Source: Gemmatimonadota bacterium (GTDB lineage: Bacteria > Gemmatimonadota > Gemmatimonadetes > Gemmatimonadales > GWC2-71-9). Taken from it: DNA of 64,000 nt. The stretch covers positions 20,653 to 84,652 of the forward strand of contig JAZDCZ010000427.1 in NCBI GenBank assembly GCA_036679605.1. Direction: 5' to 3'. The notes below the pieces were generated by a model. That model saw only the letters and a list, made by a program, of their open reading frames with translations, had not been told where the DNA came from and did no database searches. Positions 8,158 through 18,978 of the stretch are shown in pieces (positions within the stretch are counted from its first letter, which is position 1; every line of letters starts with the position of its first letter). A program made the position numbers and the translations under genes.

Positions 8158-11100
8158 ATGACGGGCTTCTCTTTCGCGTCCAAGATCGGCGCAATCACGG
8201 CGCTATCGCTGCTGGGCTGGAGTAGTGCGATGGCACAGGTCGAGGTTTCACAGCTCAGCGCGATGAAGGCCCGCAGCATCGGCCCGGCCGGCATGAGCGG
8301 ACGGATCAGCGCTATCGAGGGTGTGGCCAACAATCCGAACATCATCTACGTGGGGGCCGCTACCGGAGGTCTCTGGAAATCGACCACTGGCGGCGTCAAG
8401 TGGGAGCCGATCATGGACGATCTACGGACGGCCAGCATCGGTGCAATCGCGGTGTTTCAGTCTGCTCCGGATATCGTTTGGGTCGGGACCGGCGAGCGCA
8501 ACAGACGGAACAGCGCAGGCGTTGGCACAGGTATCTACAAGAGCATGGACGGCGGGCACACCTGGACACATGCCGGGCTCGATGGAACCGAGGCCGTCGA
8601 TGCCATCATCCTCCACCCCACCGACCCCAACGTGGCGTACGTGGGAGCACTGGGCCCCTCGTGGGGCGACGGGACCGAACGTGGAGTTTTCAAGACCACC
8701 GACGGCGGCAAGACGTGGAACAAGATCCTCTACGTCAACGAGTCTACCGGTGCCGGCGACCTCGTGATGGACCCCTCCAATCCCAACAAGCTCATTGCAG
8801 GCATGTGGCAGTTCCGTCGTTGGCCTTGGTTTTTCAAATCCGGCGGTCCGGGCAGCGGACTCTACATCACACACGATGCCGGCGAGACCTGGAAGCAACT
8901 GACACACGAAGACGGACTGCCCGAAGGAGAACTCGGTAGAACCGGCCTCGCCTTCGCGAGAAACAACTCAGACGTGGTTTACGCTCTGGTCGAGGCTAAG
9001 AAGAGCGTGCTGTTACGCTCATCCGACGGCGGCCGTTCTTGGAAGACCGTGAACAAAACCGACGGTATCGCGCCGCGGCCATTCTACTATGGACAGCTCA
9101 GAGTCGATCCGGAAAACGAGAATCGAGTCTACAATGTCGAGTCGGTAATCCGTCTGAGTGAAGACGGCGGCAAGACGTTTGAGACTCTGCTTCCGTTCGC
9201 CCGCGTTCACGTCGATCACCACGCTTTCTGGATCAATCCCAACGACGGACAAACGCTCATTACGGGCAACGACGGCGGCGTCTATATCTCGCGGGATCGC
9301 GGACAAGGCTGGCGATTCGTCGAGAACCTACCGCTGGCCCAGTTCTATCACATCAACGTAGACATGGATACACCGTTCAACGTCTACGGCGGACTGCAGG
9401 ACAACGGGTCATGGATGGGGCCGAGTTCGGTGTGGGAGAATGGCGGGATCCGCTTCTATCATTGGCGCGAGGTGGCATTCGGTGATGGGTTTGCTACACT
9501 GAGCGCGCCGGAGAACCCGCGCTATGCATACGCAATGTCGCAGGGCGGGAATCTTTCCCGCTACGACAAGAACACCGGCGAGAACAAATCGATCAAGCCC
9601 GTGCACCCGGACGGAGTTGCGTTGCGGTTCAACTGGAACGCGGGAATCGCGATCGATCCGTTCGACAACTCGATCTACTACGGCAGCCAATTCCTCCATA
9701 AGTCACCTGATATGGGCGATTCGTGGACAATCATCAGCCCGGACTTGACGACCAACGATCCCGAGAAGCAGAAACAGCAGGAGAGCGGAGGTCTCACCTT
9801 CGACGTGACCGCGGCAGAGAACTTCACGACCATAATTGCGATCGCGCCCAGCCCAGTGGAGCGAGGAGTCGTTTGGGTTGGAACCGACGATGGCAATGTG
9901 CAGCTGACCCGGGACGGCGGCGGCAATTGGGAGAACGTAGTCGGTCGAATCAAGGGTGCGCCCCGGGGAATGTGGGTGCCGCACATCGAAGCATCGAAGT
10001 ACGAGGGTGGCACCGCGTTTGTGGTCTTCGACGACCACCGTAGGAGCAACCGTGAGCCATATGTCTTCAAGACGACCGACTATGGACGCTCGTGGAAGAA
10101 TCTCGCAACCAGTGCAGTAGAGGGATTCATTCATACCGTCGAACAAGATCCGGTGAATCCGAATCTGCTCTATCTGGGTACGGAGTTCGGCATGTACGTC
10201 TCGCTGAATGCGGGTGAGGACTGGATGCTCTGGACCCACGGCGTACCGCGCGTACCGGTCCGCGGTCTCATGGTGCACCCACGCGACCACGATCTGGTTA
10301 TCGGAACTCACGGACGGGCAGCCTACGTGCTGGACGACGTGAGACCACTGCGTGCGTTGGCCTCGAATCCCGAGATTACTCAAGCACCGGTGCATCTGTT
10401 TGCGATTCCAAGCGCCATTCAGTATCAGGTCGCGCAGGTGGACGGTATGCGATTCCTGGGCGATTCAAAATTCGTGGGTCCGAACAGGCCCTACGGTGCA
10501 CTGCTTTCCTACTATGTGAATACCGACAAGGACAGCGTCGAGGTCGAGGTCGAAGTTTCGAATGTGGGCGGCGAAGAGATCAGAACGTTCAAGCGCTGGG
10601 CCAAGACCGGACTCAATCGCACCAGTTGGAATCTCCGAGCTGACGCCATTCAGAGCAGCGAACCGCCGAGCGGTGGCGGCGGCCCGTTCGGATTCGGCGC
10701 AGTAGGACCGTGGGTCTTGGCGGGAACTTACAACGTCACCGTCGCGATAGGCGACGACGAATCGTCGCAGCCTGTTGAGGTGAAATTCGACCCCCGCTAC
10801 AACATCTCGCTGGCCGATCGGCAGGCCAAGATCAGCGCGACAGTGCGGGCCGGCCAACGAAGGGCCGTCGCAGCCGAGGCAATGACTCGATTGAGAAATG
10901 CAAAAAAATCAGTCTCGGATGTGCTGTCGCGACTCGACAAAAAGGACAGCACTCAGAACCCTCTGCGAGAGTCCGGCGACGAACTGACCAAGAAGCTCGA
11001 TGAGTTGCTGGAGGAGTTCACAGGACCGCAGAACATCCAGGGAATCGTTTTCCGGCAGGACATGGTCATGGCAATGATCGGCATCGCGGCCGGGAGTCTC

Positions 11101-11313
11101 GGATCGTCCTGGGACGCGCCAACCGAGGGCCAGATGCTTCAGTTGGAACAGGCTGAGTCAAGACTCAGCGAAGCACTCGACCAAGTAAACCAGGTATTCC
11201 AGCAAGACCTAGCCGATTTCCGCACCGCCGCGGCGGCGATGAACATCGACCTCATCAAGGGCCAGGAAGCGTTGTCGATCGATTGGAGGGCCGAGAAGGG
11301 TGGCCCTACTTAG
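8158..11313 (+). CDS. Secreted VPS10/BNR-repeat (sialidase-like beta-propeller) protein
   Basis: Signal peptide, RSIGPAGMSGRI, many SxDGGxTW Asp-box repeats, GGLQDNG. Confidence 0.88.
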   Translation: MTGFSFASKIGAITALSLLGWSSAMAQVEVSQLSAMKARSIGPAGMSGRISAIEGVANNPNIIYVGAATGGLWKSTTGGVKWEPIMDDLRTASIGAIAVFQSAPDIVWVGTGERNRRNSAGVGTGIYKSMDGGHTWTHAGLDGTEAVDAIILHPTDPNVAYVGALGPSWGDGTERGVFKTTDGGKTWNKILYVNESTGAGDLVMDPSNPNKLIAGMWQFRRWPWFFKSGGPGSGLYITHDAGETWKQLTHEDGLPEGELGRTGLAFARNNSDVVYALVEAKKSVLLRSSDGGRSWKTVNKTDGIAPRPFYYGQLRVDPENENRVYNVESVIRLSEDGGKTFETLLPFARVHVDHHAFWINPNDGQTLITGNDGGVYISRDRGQGWRFVENLPLAQFYHINVDMDTPFNVYGGLQDNGSWMGPSSVWENGGIRFYHWREVAFGDGFATLSAPENPRYAYAMSQGGNLSRYDKNTGENKSIKPVHPDGVALRFNWNAGIAIDPFDNSIYYGSQFLHKSPDMGDSWTIISPDLTTNDPEKQKQQESGGLTFDVTAAENFTTIIAIAPSPVERGVVWVGTDDGNVQLTRDGGGNWENVVGRIKGAPRGMWVPHIEASKYEGGTAFVVFDDHRRSNREPYVFKTTDYGRSWKNLATSAVEGFIHTVEQDPVNPNLLYLGTEFGMYVSLNAGEDWMLWTHGVPRVPVRGLMVHPRDHDLVIGTHGRAAYVLDDVRPLRALASNPEITQAPVHLFAIPSAIQYQVAQVDGMRFLGDSKFVGPNRPYGALLSYYVNTDKDSVEVEVEVSNVGGEEIRTFKRWAKTGLNRTSWNLRADAIQSSEPPSGGGGPFGFGAVGPWVLAGTYNVTVAIGDDESSQPVEVKFDPRYNISLADRQAKISATVRAGQRRAVAAEAMTRLRNAKKSVSDVLSRLDKKDSTQNPLRESGDELTKKLDELLEEFTGPQNIQGIVFRQDMVMAMIGIAAGSLGSSWDAPTEGQMLQLEQAESRLSEALDQVNQVFQQDLADFRTAAAAMNIDLIKGQEALSIDWRAEKGGPT

Positions 11314-12562
11314 CTAACCTGACTCCCGCAAACTGCCAGCGCGCATATGGCGGGAAGAAGTTGCGATAGGTCGACCGGATGTGGGAGCGGGGCGTAGCGC
11401 ATGAACCGCCGCGCAGCACCATCTGACCCGACGCGAACTTGGCGTTGTACTCGCCCAGTGCGCCCTCCGGCTGTCGGTATCCCGGGTAGCATGAATAGGC
11501 GCTCGAAGTCCACTCCCACACATCACCGAACATCTGTGACGAAGTAGCACTGGGAGCCGGATGGAAACGTTCCGACTCCACGAAGTTCCCCGTGATCTCG
11601 CAATCCTCGGCCACGACTTCCCACTCTGCCTCGGTGGGTAGTCGCGCGCCGGCCCAGCGAGCGTAAGCATCTGCCTCGTAGTAACTGATGTGGCACATGG
11701 GTTCGGTGGCATCCACTGCTTGCAGACCGCTCAATGTATACGTCACCCACTCTCTGTCCTGTTCGGTCCAGTAGATCGGTGCTCGCCACCCGTGCTCTCT
11801 GACGGTGCTCCACCCGTCGGACAGCCAGAACTCCGGCCGCGTGTACCCGCCGGCATCGATAAATTCCAAATATTCACCACAGGTGATCGGACGCGAAGCC
11901 ATCTCGAACGGTTCCAGATATACACGGTGGCGGGGTTGCTCGTTGTCGTAGGCAAACGTGTCACCTTCGAATCCGATCTCTACGAGTCCGCCCTCATGTT
12001 TCAACCAGCTAATGGGCGGGATCGTCGACTCGGGTAGCTGCTTCGCCTCCCTGTACACAGGGTGCAGTGGGTTGTGAGACAGCAGGTGCTTAAGATCCGT
12101 AAGAATGAGTTCTTGGTGTTGTTGCTCGTGATTCAGTCCCATCATGATCGTCGTAATCGAAAGAGATCGACGCGATTCTTCGTCCTCCAGCAATGCCAGC
12201 ATGTGGCGATCCACGTGCTCGCGGTAGCGCATTACCTCCTCGACCGTCGGACGGGTCAACATCCCTCGCTGGGGCCGAGGAAACTGGTCACCCAACGTGT
12301 GGTAGTAGGAGTTGAACAGATATTGGAACGTGTCATCGACCGACTTGTAGTCGCTGACCAGCCGACGCAACACGAGCGTTTCAAAAAACCAACTCGTGTG
12401 CGCAAGGTGCCACCGAGTCGGGCTGGCGTCGGTCATCGATTGCACTACGTAGTCCTCGATCGCCAGCGGCTCACAAAGCCGTTCCGTCGCGCTTCGTATC
12501 TGTCGGTATTTTTCCGCTAGTTGGGCAACACTGACGTCGGCTACTGTCTCGGTGCTAGTCAT
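11306..12562 (-). CDS. egtB: Ergothioneine biosynthesis sulfoxide synthase
   Basis: QSMTDASPTRWHLAHTSWFFE, FNSYY, HEQQHQEL and a C-terminal FGE-like domain; adjacent to egtD. Confidence 0.95.
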   Translation of the reverse strand: MTSTETVADVSVAQLAEKYRQIRSATERLCEPLAIEDYVVQSMTDASPTRWHLAHTSWFFETLVLRRLVSDYKSVDDTFQYLFNSYYHTLGDQFPRPQRGMLTRPTVEEVMRYREHVDRHMLALLEDEESRRSLSITTIMMGLNHEQQHQELILTDLKHLLSHNPLHPVYREAKQLPESTIPPISWLKHEGGLVEIGFEGDTFAYDNEQPRHRVYLEPFEMASRPITCGEYLEFIDAGGYTRPEFWLSDGWSTVREHGWRAPIYWTEQDREWVTYTLSGLQAVDATEPMCHISYYEADAYARWAGARLPTEAEWEVVAEDCEITGNFVESERFHPAPSATSSQMFGDVWEWTSSAYSCYPGYRQPEGALGEYNAKFASGQMVLRGGSCATPRSHIRSTYRNFFPPYARWQFAGVRLAK

Positions 12563-13551
12563 TCTGCTTCCCGTTGCAAGAGCAACACTGCAAACATCTC
12601 GTTCTCATCAGTATACACCCGCTTAGTGCTGAGTCCGAAGTGCGAGAGATACTCGGTCATGTTACTCAGTACGAACTTCCGGCTGATCTCGGTCATCACG
12701 GTCTCACCTGCGGGTATGGTAATCGTGTGATCTACGGGAGCTATAAGAACATCCTGCCGGGTCAGGAACCGAATGGAAATCTCAATACGTTGCCACTCAG
12801 CGTTGTATGTCGCCACATGTTCGATCTGGCCCAGGTCCACATCGGCACCAAGCTCGCGGTTGACTCGACGAAACATGTTCCTGGTAAATTCCGCCGTCAC
12901 TCCGGCGGCATCGTTGTAGGCCGCTTCCAGGACGCTCGGGTCCTTCACCAAATCAATTCCTAATAGAAAGAAATCACCTTCGGCAAGGTTTTCCGACACG
13001 CGCGTCCAGAAATCGAGTGACTCATCGCGATTTAAATTGCCAATCGTGCTCCCCAGGAAAACCACCATCGTGGGTGAGTAGTCCCTAAATTTGGGGAAAG
13101 CAGACGCGTAAGTCCCCACGATCCCCGAAACCTCAACCTCAGGATGAGCCTTATCGATCCGCTCCACCGCGTCGCCGAGCGCCGCATGGCTAACATCCAC
13201 TGGCACGTAGCGGATCGTACCGGCCGCTGCGGTGTACGCTGCAAACAAGTGTCCGGTCTTCACCGAGCTGCCCGACCCCAGCTCGATCAGCGTCACCGGT
13301 CCCGTAACCGACCTTATGTCATGGGCGCAACGATCCAGAATGGAGGCCTCCGTACGAGTCAGATAGTACTCCGGCTGTTCGCAGATCAGATCGAAGAGGT
13401 CGCTGCCCTTGGCATCGTACAGGTAACGGCAGGGGAGCCAGCGCGGCGTGTCACTCAGTCCGGTGGCAACAGCTCGTGCAAACTCCAGCAGCTCGTCGGA
13501 AGGCTCCTCGTAAGCCGTCAATCTCGAGGGGGAAGGATCTGGGGGAAGCAT
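12559..13551 (-). CDS. egtD: L-histidine N-alpha-methyltransferase
   Basis: YLYDAKGSDLF, PEYYLTRTE, ELGSGSSVKT, FLGSTIGN, AYNDAAGVTAEF and TEISRKF motifs. Confidence 0.95.
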   Translation of the reverse strand: MLPPDPSPSRLTAYEEPSDELLEFARAVATGLSDTPRWLPCRYLYDAKGSDLFDLICEQPEYYLTRTEASILDRCAHDIRSVTGPVTLIELGSGSSVKTGHLFAAYTAAAGTIRYVPVDVSHAALGDAVERIDKAHPEVEVSGIVGTYASAFPKFRDYSPTMVVFLGSTIGNLNRDESLDFWTRVSENLAEGDFFLLGIDLVKDPSVLEAAYNDAAGVTAEFTRNMFRRVNRELGADVDLGQIEHVATYNAEWQRIEISIRFLTRQDVLIAPVDHTITIPAGETVMTEISRKFVLSNMTEYLSHFGLSTKRVYTDENEMFAVLLLQREAE

Positions 13552-13740
13552 GCTATCGCGTAGTCAGTTTGGACGATAATGAGGAATGGTTCCCCTGAAA
13601 CTAGGAAGTGGTACCAAGGGCTGCAAGTTTGCAACCTTTATAGCTAAGTATCGCAACTATTTGTTGGTGGGAGGCATCTAAGCTGATGGAGATTGCGAAT
13701 TCTGCCTCCCCTTGCCGTCTCAGACTGACTTGAGAATTAA

Positions 13741-15024
13741 ATGAACCGAACCACTGTAGCACAGTGCATAGCGATAGCAGCCCTGAGCCCTATGTTTTCC
13801 CCTGGGGTGGAAGCTCAGGCCGAGCCCAGTGACTCATCTCGTACCGAGACGTTGAAGGTTTTCCTGGACTGCCAGACCAGGTGCGATTTCGATCACTTCC
13901 GGCGCGAGATCACCTTCGTCGACTATATGCGAGACCGCCAGGACGCGCAGGTACATGTGCTTGTCACGGACCAGGACACCGGCGCCGGCGGACGAGAATT
14001 CACCTTCAATTTCATCGGGCTGGGTGAGTTCGAGGACCTGCAGGACACCCTAAAGTACGCATCCAGTCCCGTCGATACCGACGAGGAAGAGCGCGAAGGC
14101 CAGACGCAGACGCTCAAGATCGGCCTCATGCGTTACGTGGTGGGTACACCGATCGCCGACCGGCTTTCGATCAGCTATCAGGCGCCGGCCGGCACGCGGG
14201 AGCAACAGACAAGCCCGACAGACGATCCGTGGAACCTCTGGGTGTTCCGCGCGGGTGTGGGAGGCAATATCAATGGTGAGGAAACCAGCAGGTCTTTCAG
14301 AGTTAATGGCTCGTTTCGGGCCAGCCGCGTCACTGAAGACTGGAAATTCTTGTTTCGCTCCAATGGGAGCTTCAGGGAGAATCGGTTCGATCTCGAGGAC
14401 GGCAGTGAATTCGTCAGTACGTCGCGCAACTTCAGCTTCTCGCAAACTCTGGTGCGGAGCCTGGGGGATCATTGGTCAGCCGGCGGCCGTGCCGCCGCCA
14501 GCGCGTCGACCTTCGTCAATCAGGATCTGGCAGTTCGGGTGGCGCCGGCAATCGAGTACGATCTGTATCCCTACAGCGAGTCGACCCGGAGGCAGCTCAC
14601 GGCTCTATATACTGTGGGCGTGGTCGCATTCGACTTTGAAGAGATAACTCTCTTTAACAAGACATCCGAATTTAGACTCGAGCAGCGATTGGAGCTTGCT
14701 GCAGAGGTAGTCCAGCCCTGGGGCAGCATAGATGGTTCCCTGATCGGCACCAACTTTCTGGACGACTTCGCGCTTCACCGCATCGATTTCTTCACGGGAC
14801 TCGAAATTCGGATTACGAGAGGTCTCAACTTCAATATTTTCGGCCAGATATCACGAATCAAGAACCAAATTTTCCTGTCCGGGGCCGATATCTCAGATCA
14901 GGACCGACTGATTCGCCGCCGGCAACTGGGGACCGAGTTTAGATATTTCCTGAACGTCAACTTCAGCTATACATTTGGGTCGATCTTCAACAACATAGTG
15001 AATCCTAGATTCGATAATTTCTAA
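13741..15024 (+). CDS. Hypothetical outer-membrane beta-barrel protein
   Basis: Signal peptide, alternating beta-strand pattern, conserved-looking C-terminus YTFGSIFNNIVNPRF. Confidence 0.7.
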   Translation: MNRTTVAQCIAIAALSPMFSPGVEAQAEPSDSSRTETLKVFLDCQTRCDFDHFRREITFVDYMRDRQDAQVHVLVTDQDTGAGGREFTFNFIGLGEFEDLQDTLKYASSPVDTDEEEREGQTQTLKIGLMRYVVGTPIADRLSISYQAPAGTREQQTSPTDDPWNLWVFRAGVGGNINGEETSRSFRVNGSFRASRVTEDWKFLFRSNGSFRENRFDLEDGSEFVSTSRNFSFSQTLVRSLGDHWSAGGRAAASASTFVNQDLAVRVAPAIEYDLYPYSESTRRQLTALYTVGVVAFDFEEITLFNKTSEFRLEQRLELAAEVVQPWGSIDGSLIGTNFLDDFALHRIDFFTGLEIRITRGLNFNIFGQISRIKNQIFLSGADISDQDRLIRRRQLGTEFRYFLNVNFSYTFGSIFNNIVNPRFDNF

Positions 15025-15038
15025 ACAGAGAGAGATAC

Positions 15039-16856
15039 ATGCATTTGGCCGGCGTACTTACCATCCTAGCGGTCACGGGCACACCGCAGCAGGACGTCCT
15101 CGAGTACGAGATATCTTTCGCCAACGCCGTGCACCATGAGGCTGAAATATCGGTCACGTTCCACGACGTAGCGCCCGGGCCACTGGAAACCCGCATGAGC
15201 CGGTCATCGCCCGGACGCTACGCTCTGCACGAGTTTGCCAAGAATGTGTACGGGTTCGAAGCCTTTGACGGAAAAGGCCAGCCACTGGAGGTTACACGAC
15301 CCGATCCACACCAGTGGGATGTCGCCGGCCACGACGGAACAGTTCGCATCACCTATACGCTATTCGCCGACAGATCTGACGGCACGTATTCGGGAATCGA
15401 CCAAACACACGCTCATCTCAATATGCCGGCGACGTTTCTCTGGGCCCGCGGCATGGACCATCGACCGATAGCTATCAACTTCACCGTTCCGGACGGCTCA
15501 GCTTGGAAGATTGCAACCCAACTACCGCCAACCAACAACCCCAGCGAGTTCACCGCGCCCGACCTGCAATATTTCATGGACAGCCCCACGGAACTGAGTG
15601 ATTTCACGCTCCGAACATGGCCCGTCGAGTCAAACGGCCAGCGATACACCATACGGATGGCCGTGCACCACGATGGCTCAGAGGCAGACGTTGACAGTTA
15701 TGTAGAGATGGTGAAGAAGGTCGTGAGGCAGGAGGCTGCGGTTTTCGGCGAGTACCCGCACTACGACCACGGTACGTACACGTTTATCGCCGACTACCTC
15801 CCGTATGTTTCCGGTGACGGCATGGAGCACAGGAACTCAACCATCCTAGCGAGCACCAGTTCACTCCGTACCAACGCGCGCGGGCTGCTCGGCACTGTCT
15901 CGCACGAGTATTTCCATGCCTGGAATATGGAGCGCATTCGGTCCAAAGGCGTCGAGCCGTTCGACTTCGAACGCGCCAACATGTCGGACGGTCTCTGGTT
16001 CGGAGAGGGGTTCACCAGCTACTACACGAGTCTGTTAATACGCCGCGCCGGCCTCATGTCCGACGCCGACTACGCCCGCAGCATATCGCGCGGTCTAACG
16101 ACGGTGATCAACTCGCCCGCCCGCAACTTCTTTGGGCCCGCCGAAATGAGCATGCAAGCACCGTTCGTGGACGCCGCAAGGTCTAACGAACCAACGAATC
16201 GGACAAACACCTTCATCTCCTATTACACGTGGGGGTCGGTAGTGGGATTGGGATTGGATCTCACACTACGACAGAGATTCGACGTGACGCTCGACGACTA
16301 TATGAGAGCGGTGTGGCAGAAGCACGGCAAGCCGGGGATCCCGTACACGTTAGACAATTTGCAGAAGGTCTTGGCCGAAGTAAGCAGGGACTCTGGTTTT
16401 GCCCAGAGTTTTTTCGATCGATATGTTGACCGATCGGACGTCCTCCCGTACGAGGAACTGCTAGCTCAGGCCGGTTTCCTACTTCGCCAGGTGAACCCGG
16501 GCAAGCCGGTTATCGGGTACGCACGACTGCGCGCCGGCGACCATGGGGTCACAATTGGATCAGGTACCATCATCGGAAGCCCACTTTATGTCGCCGGTCT
16601 CGAGCGTGGCGACCGCATCACATCGGTCGACGGTAAGGCCTTGTCGAGAGTCAAGGATCTTTCTGACATTCTTTCTGGTCACAAGCCGGGAGACAGCGTG
16701 GATATCGAGTTCGAGTCCCGCGGCGGCCGTATGCACGAGGCGCTGGTCTTGCAAGAAGACAACCGCCTCGATGTCGTGACCTATGAAGGGGCTGGATTGG
16801 ATCTCACCGATGTCATGAGACGGTTTCGGCAAGACTGGTTGGGGCCCAAGCCGTAG
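15039..16856 (+). CDS. M61 family glycyl aminopeptidase with PDZ domain
   Basis: SPGRY, GMEHRNS, HEYFHAWN and LWFGEGFTSYY motifs; C-terminal GLERGDRITSVDG PDZ. Confidence 0.92.
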   Translation: MHLAGVLTILAVTGTPQQDVLEYEISFANAVHHEAEISVTFHDVAPGPLETRMSRSSPGRYALHEFAKNVYGFEAFDGKGQPLEVTRPDPHQWDVAGHDGTVRITYTLFADRSDGTYSGIDQTHAHLNMPATFLWARGMDHRPIAINFTVPDGSAWKIATQLPPTNNPSEFTAPDLQYFMDSPTELSDFTLRTWPVESNGQRYTIRMAVHHDGSEADVDSYVEMVKKVVRQEAAVFGEYPHYDHGTYTFIADYLPYVSGDGMEHRNSTILASTSSLRTNARGLLGTVSHEYFHAWNMERIRSKGVEPFDFERANMSDGLWFGEGFTSYYTSLLIRRAGLMSDADYARSISRGLTTVINSPARNFFGPAEMSMQAPFVDAARSNEPTNRTNTFISYYTWGSVVGLGLDLTLRQRFDVTLDDYMRAVWQKHGKPGIPYTLDNLQKVLAEVSRDSGFAQSFFDRYVDRSDVLPYEELLAQAGFLLRQVNPGKPVIGYARLRAGDHGVTIGSGTIIGSPLYVAGLERGDRITSVDGKALSRVKDLSDILSGHKPGDSVDIEFESRGGRMHEALVLQEDNRLDVVTYEGAGLDLTDVMRRFRQDWLGPKP

Positions 16857-16940
16857 GGAGCAGCAGAGGTAGGGCGACGGTCGTGCCAAACGAACCACCA
16901 GTGTATATCTTGATGGCCCCCACGAATAACGGAGGATCTC

Positions 16941-17549
16941 ATGCGAAGGCTTGCATTCGCGGCAATGGTGTCGGCTCTCTTGACCACCACACTATCCACC
17001 TTGGAAGCACAACACCGATCGGCCGCCGAAGTTATTGCAGCGGCCGTCAGCCCGCTTCCCAAACCCCTCAGGGATGGGGCAACAGTAATGCAGTTTCACG
17101 CGGACGGCACGCTCACTCAGATCCGGAACGGCACTGGCCAGATGATCTGCCTGAGTGATGATCCGAGGGCAGAAGGATTTCACCCTGCGTGTTACCACCG
17201 CGATCTCGAACCGTTCATGGCCCGGGGTCGAGAACTCAGGGCAGAGGGCAAGAACGGGGACGAATCCCGCGCTATTCGATTCGAGGAGATCAAGGCCGGG
17301 AAGCTAGCCATGCCCGAGCGAGCCATGGCCCTCTATTCCCTCACAGGTCCGGCGGGAAGTTTCAACAGCGAAACAGGCGAGGCGCCAGGGGCACGTGGTC
17401 TCCATGTAGTCTACGTTCCCTACTCCACGGAAGAGACGCTTGGTATATCGACGGCCCCGGCGCGTTACAGACCGTGGCTCATGCACCCCGGGACGCCTGG
17501 CGCGCACATCATGATCTCCATTCCTCCTGCGGCATCTCGGAATAGATAG
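16941..17549 (+). CDS. Hypothetical secreted protein
   Basis: GGAG RBS, signal peptide, coherent 202-aa ORF. Confidence 0.7.
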   Translation: MRRLAFAAMVSALLTTTLSTLEAQHRSAAEVIAAAVSPLPKPLRDGATVMQFHADGTLTQIRNGTGQMICLSDDPRAEGFHPACYHRDLEPFMARGRELRAEGKNGDESRAIRFEEIKAGKLAMPERAMALYSLTGPAGSFNSETGEAPGARGLHVVYVPYSTEETLGISTAPARYRPWLMHPGTPGAHIMISIPPAASRNR

Positions 17550-17678
17550 GAAAGGCAGTTGCACGGTAACGACGGTGGGCCTGGTGAGCCGCGACTCGGC
17601 GTAGGAACCATAGTATTTGCCGTCCCAACGCACCGGCTATATACTCTGTCCTCACACCGTCAATCGGGAGCCTAACCA

Positions 17679-18974
17679 ATGCTGCGCGTCGTCACGCTGT
17701 ACACCCTTGGTTTGTTAATCGCATCCCCTCTAGCGGCACAGAGTAGTACGAAACTGCGCGAGAGGGTATCCGACCTCTTTAGGTTCGGCAACTGCGATGG
17801 CCTGCTATGCCTGGACGGCTCGATAAACGCCGGCACGGGCCATGGCGACCACTACCTTCCCGCTTTCGCGTCCGGCAATGCGGCAATCATCTCGTTCATT
17901 ACGGGTGCTATCGGAAAGAGCGTTTCGAACACGCCGCTGGGTGCTACCAGCAGCGGCGCCACATTCAGCTTCGTGGGCGGTCTGCCGGTCCGCACATCGA
18001 CGTCGGCCGGACCGATCTTCGCGGAACGGGCACAAACGCTGGGTCGTGGCAAGTTCTTCGTGGGAGCCAACGTGTCCGGAGCGCACTTCACGACTCTCAA
18101 CGGAGTTCCCGCCGACAACCTGTCACTCAACTTTGTGCATGAAGACGTCGATAACGCCGGCACGCTCGGCGATCCGGAATTCGAGAACGACGTTGTCGAA
18201 GTTACGATGGGCCTCGACATAGATGTTCTGGTGAGTTCCCTCTTCATGACCTACGGTCTAACCGATTTCATCGACATCGGTGTCGCAGTACCGTTCGTCA
18301 GGACCTCGCTCAAGGGAAGCAGCGAAGCGCAGATCTTGCCGTTTGGCTCTACCGCACTGCATTTTTTTGGGGGGTCGATCGCCAATCCGGTTCTTCGGGC
18401 CGCCTCATCGATCGATGCCTCGGCAACCGGGATCGGTGATGTGGCGGGGCGTATCAAGATCAATCTGGGACAGTCGCCGAAATTTGGCGCTGCGCTGCTG
18501 GGTGACATCAGGCTGCCTACCGGCGACGAGGATGACCTACTGGGTGCTGGAGACGCATCCGGCAGAGCGCTGGCGGTCGTATCGGCTCAGTTCGGCACGT
18601 TCTCGCCTCATCTAAATGCAGGATACTTGGTCCGAGCCGCGGACGAGGAAAACGACGCTGCATTGGCCACGGTGGGGTTTGACAACCTCCTGACGCCCTG
18701 GGCAACACTCGCGTTTGACGTTCTCACCGAGTGGCAGATAGGCGACGACAAGATCACTTTGCCCGGGCCGATAACGTTTGACACTCCTTTCCCCAGGAAA
18801 ATACAGTCGACTCCCATCGTGGCGCGGCGTGCGAACGTAGTCAACGCCTCGGTCGGCATGAAGTTCACGGTCCGCGGAGGAACCGTGTTGGTCACCAACG
18901 CGATCTTTCCGCTAACCGAAACCGGCCTTCAGCCGGACGTGGTGTGGACGGCAGGGTTGGAATACAACTTTTAG
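17679..18974 (+). CDS. Hypothetical outer-membrane beta-barrel (MetA-pathway/transporter-like)
   Basis: Signal peptide, GIGDV...LPTGDE motifs, terminal GLEYNF barrel signature. Confidence 0.7.
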   Translation: MLRVVTLYTLGLLIASPLAAQSSTKLRERVSDLFRFGNCDGLLCLDGSINAGTGHGDHYLPAFASGNAAIISFITGAIGKSVSNTPLGATSSGATFSFVGGLPVRTSTSAGPIFAERAQTLGRGKFFVGANVSGAHFTTLNGVPADNLSLNFVHEDVDNAGTLGDPEFENDVVEVTMGLDIDVLVSSLFMTYGLTDFIDIGVAVPFVRTSLKGSSEAQILPFGSTALHFFGGSIANPVLRAASSIDASATGIGDVAGRIKINLGQSPKFGAALLGDIRLPTGDEDDLLGAGDASGRALAVVSAQFGTFSPHLNAGYLVRAADEENDAALATVGFDNLLTPWATLAFDVLTEWQIGDDKITLPGPITFDTPFPRKIQSTPIVARRANVVNASVGMKFTVRGGTVLVTNAIFPLTETGLQPDVVWTAGLEYNF

Positions 18975-18978
18975 CGCA

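Noticed and set aside
11306..12562. Selenoneine cluster (senA)
   Set aside because: No selD-like senC or senB glycosyltransferase adjacent; the partner is egtD.
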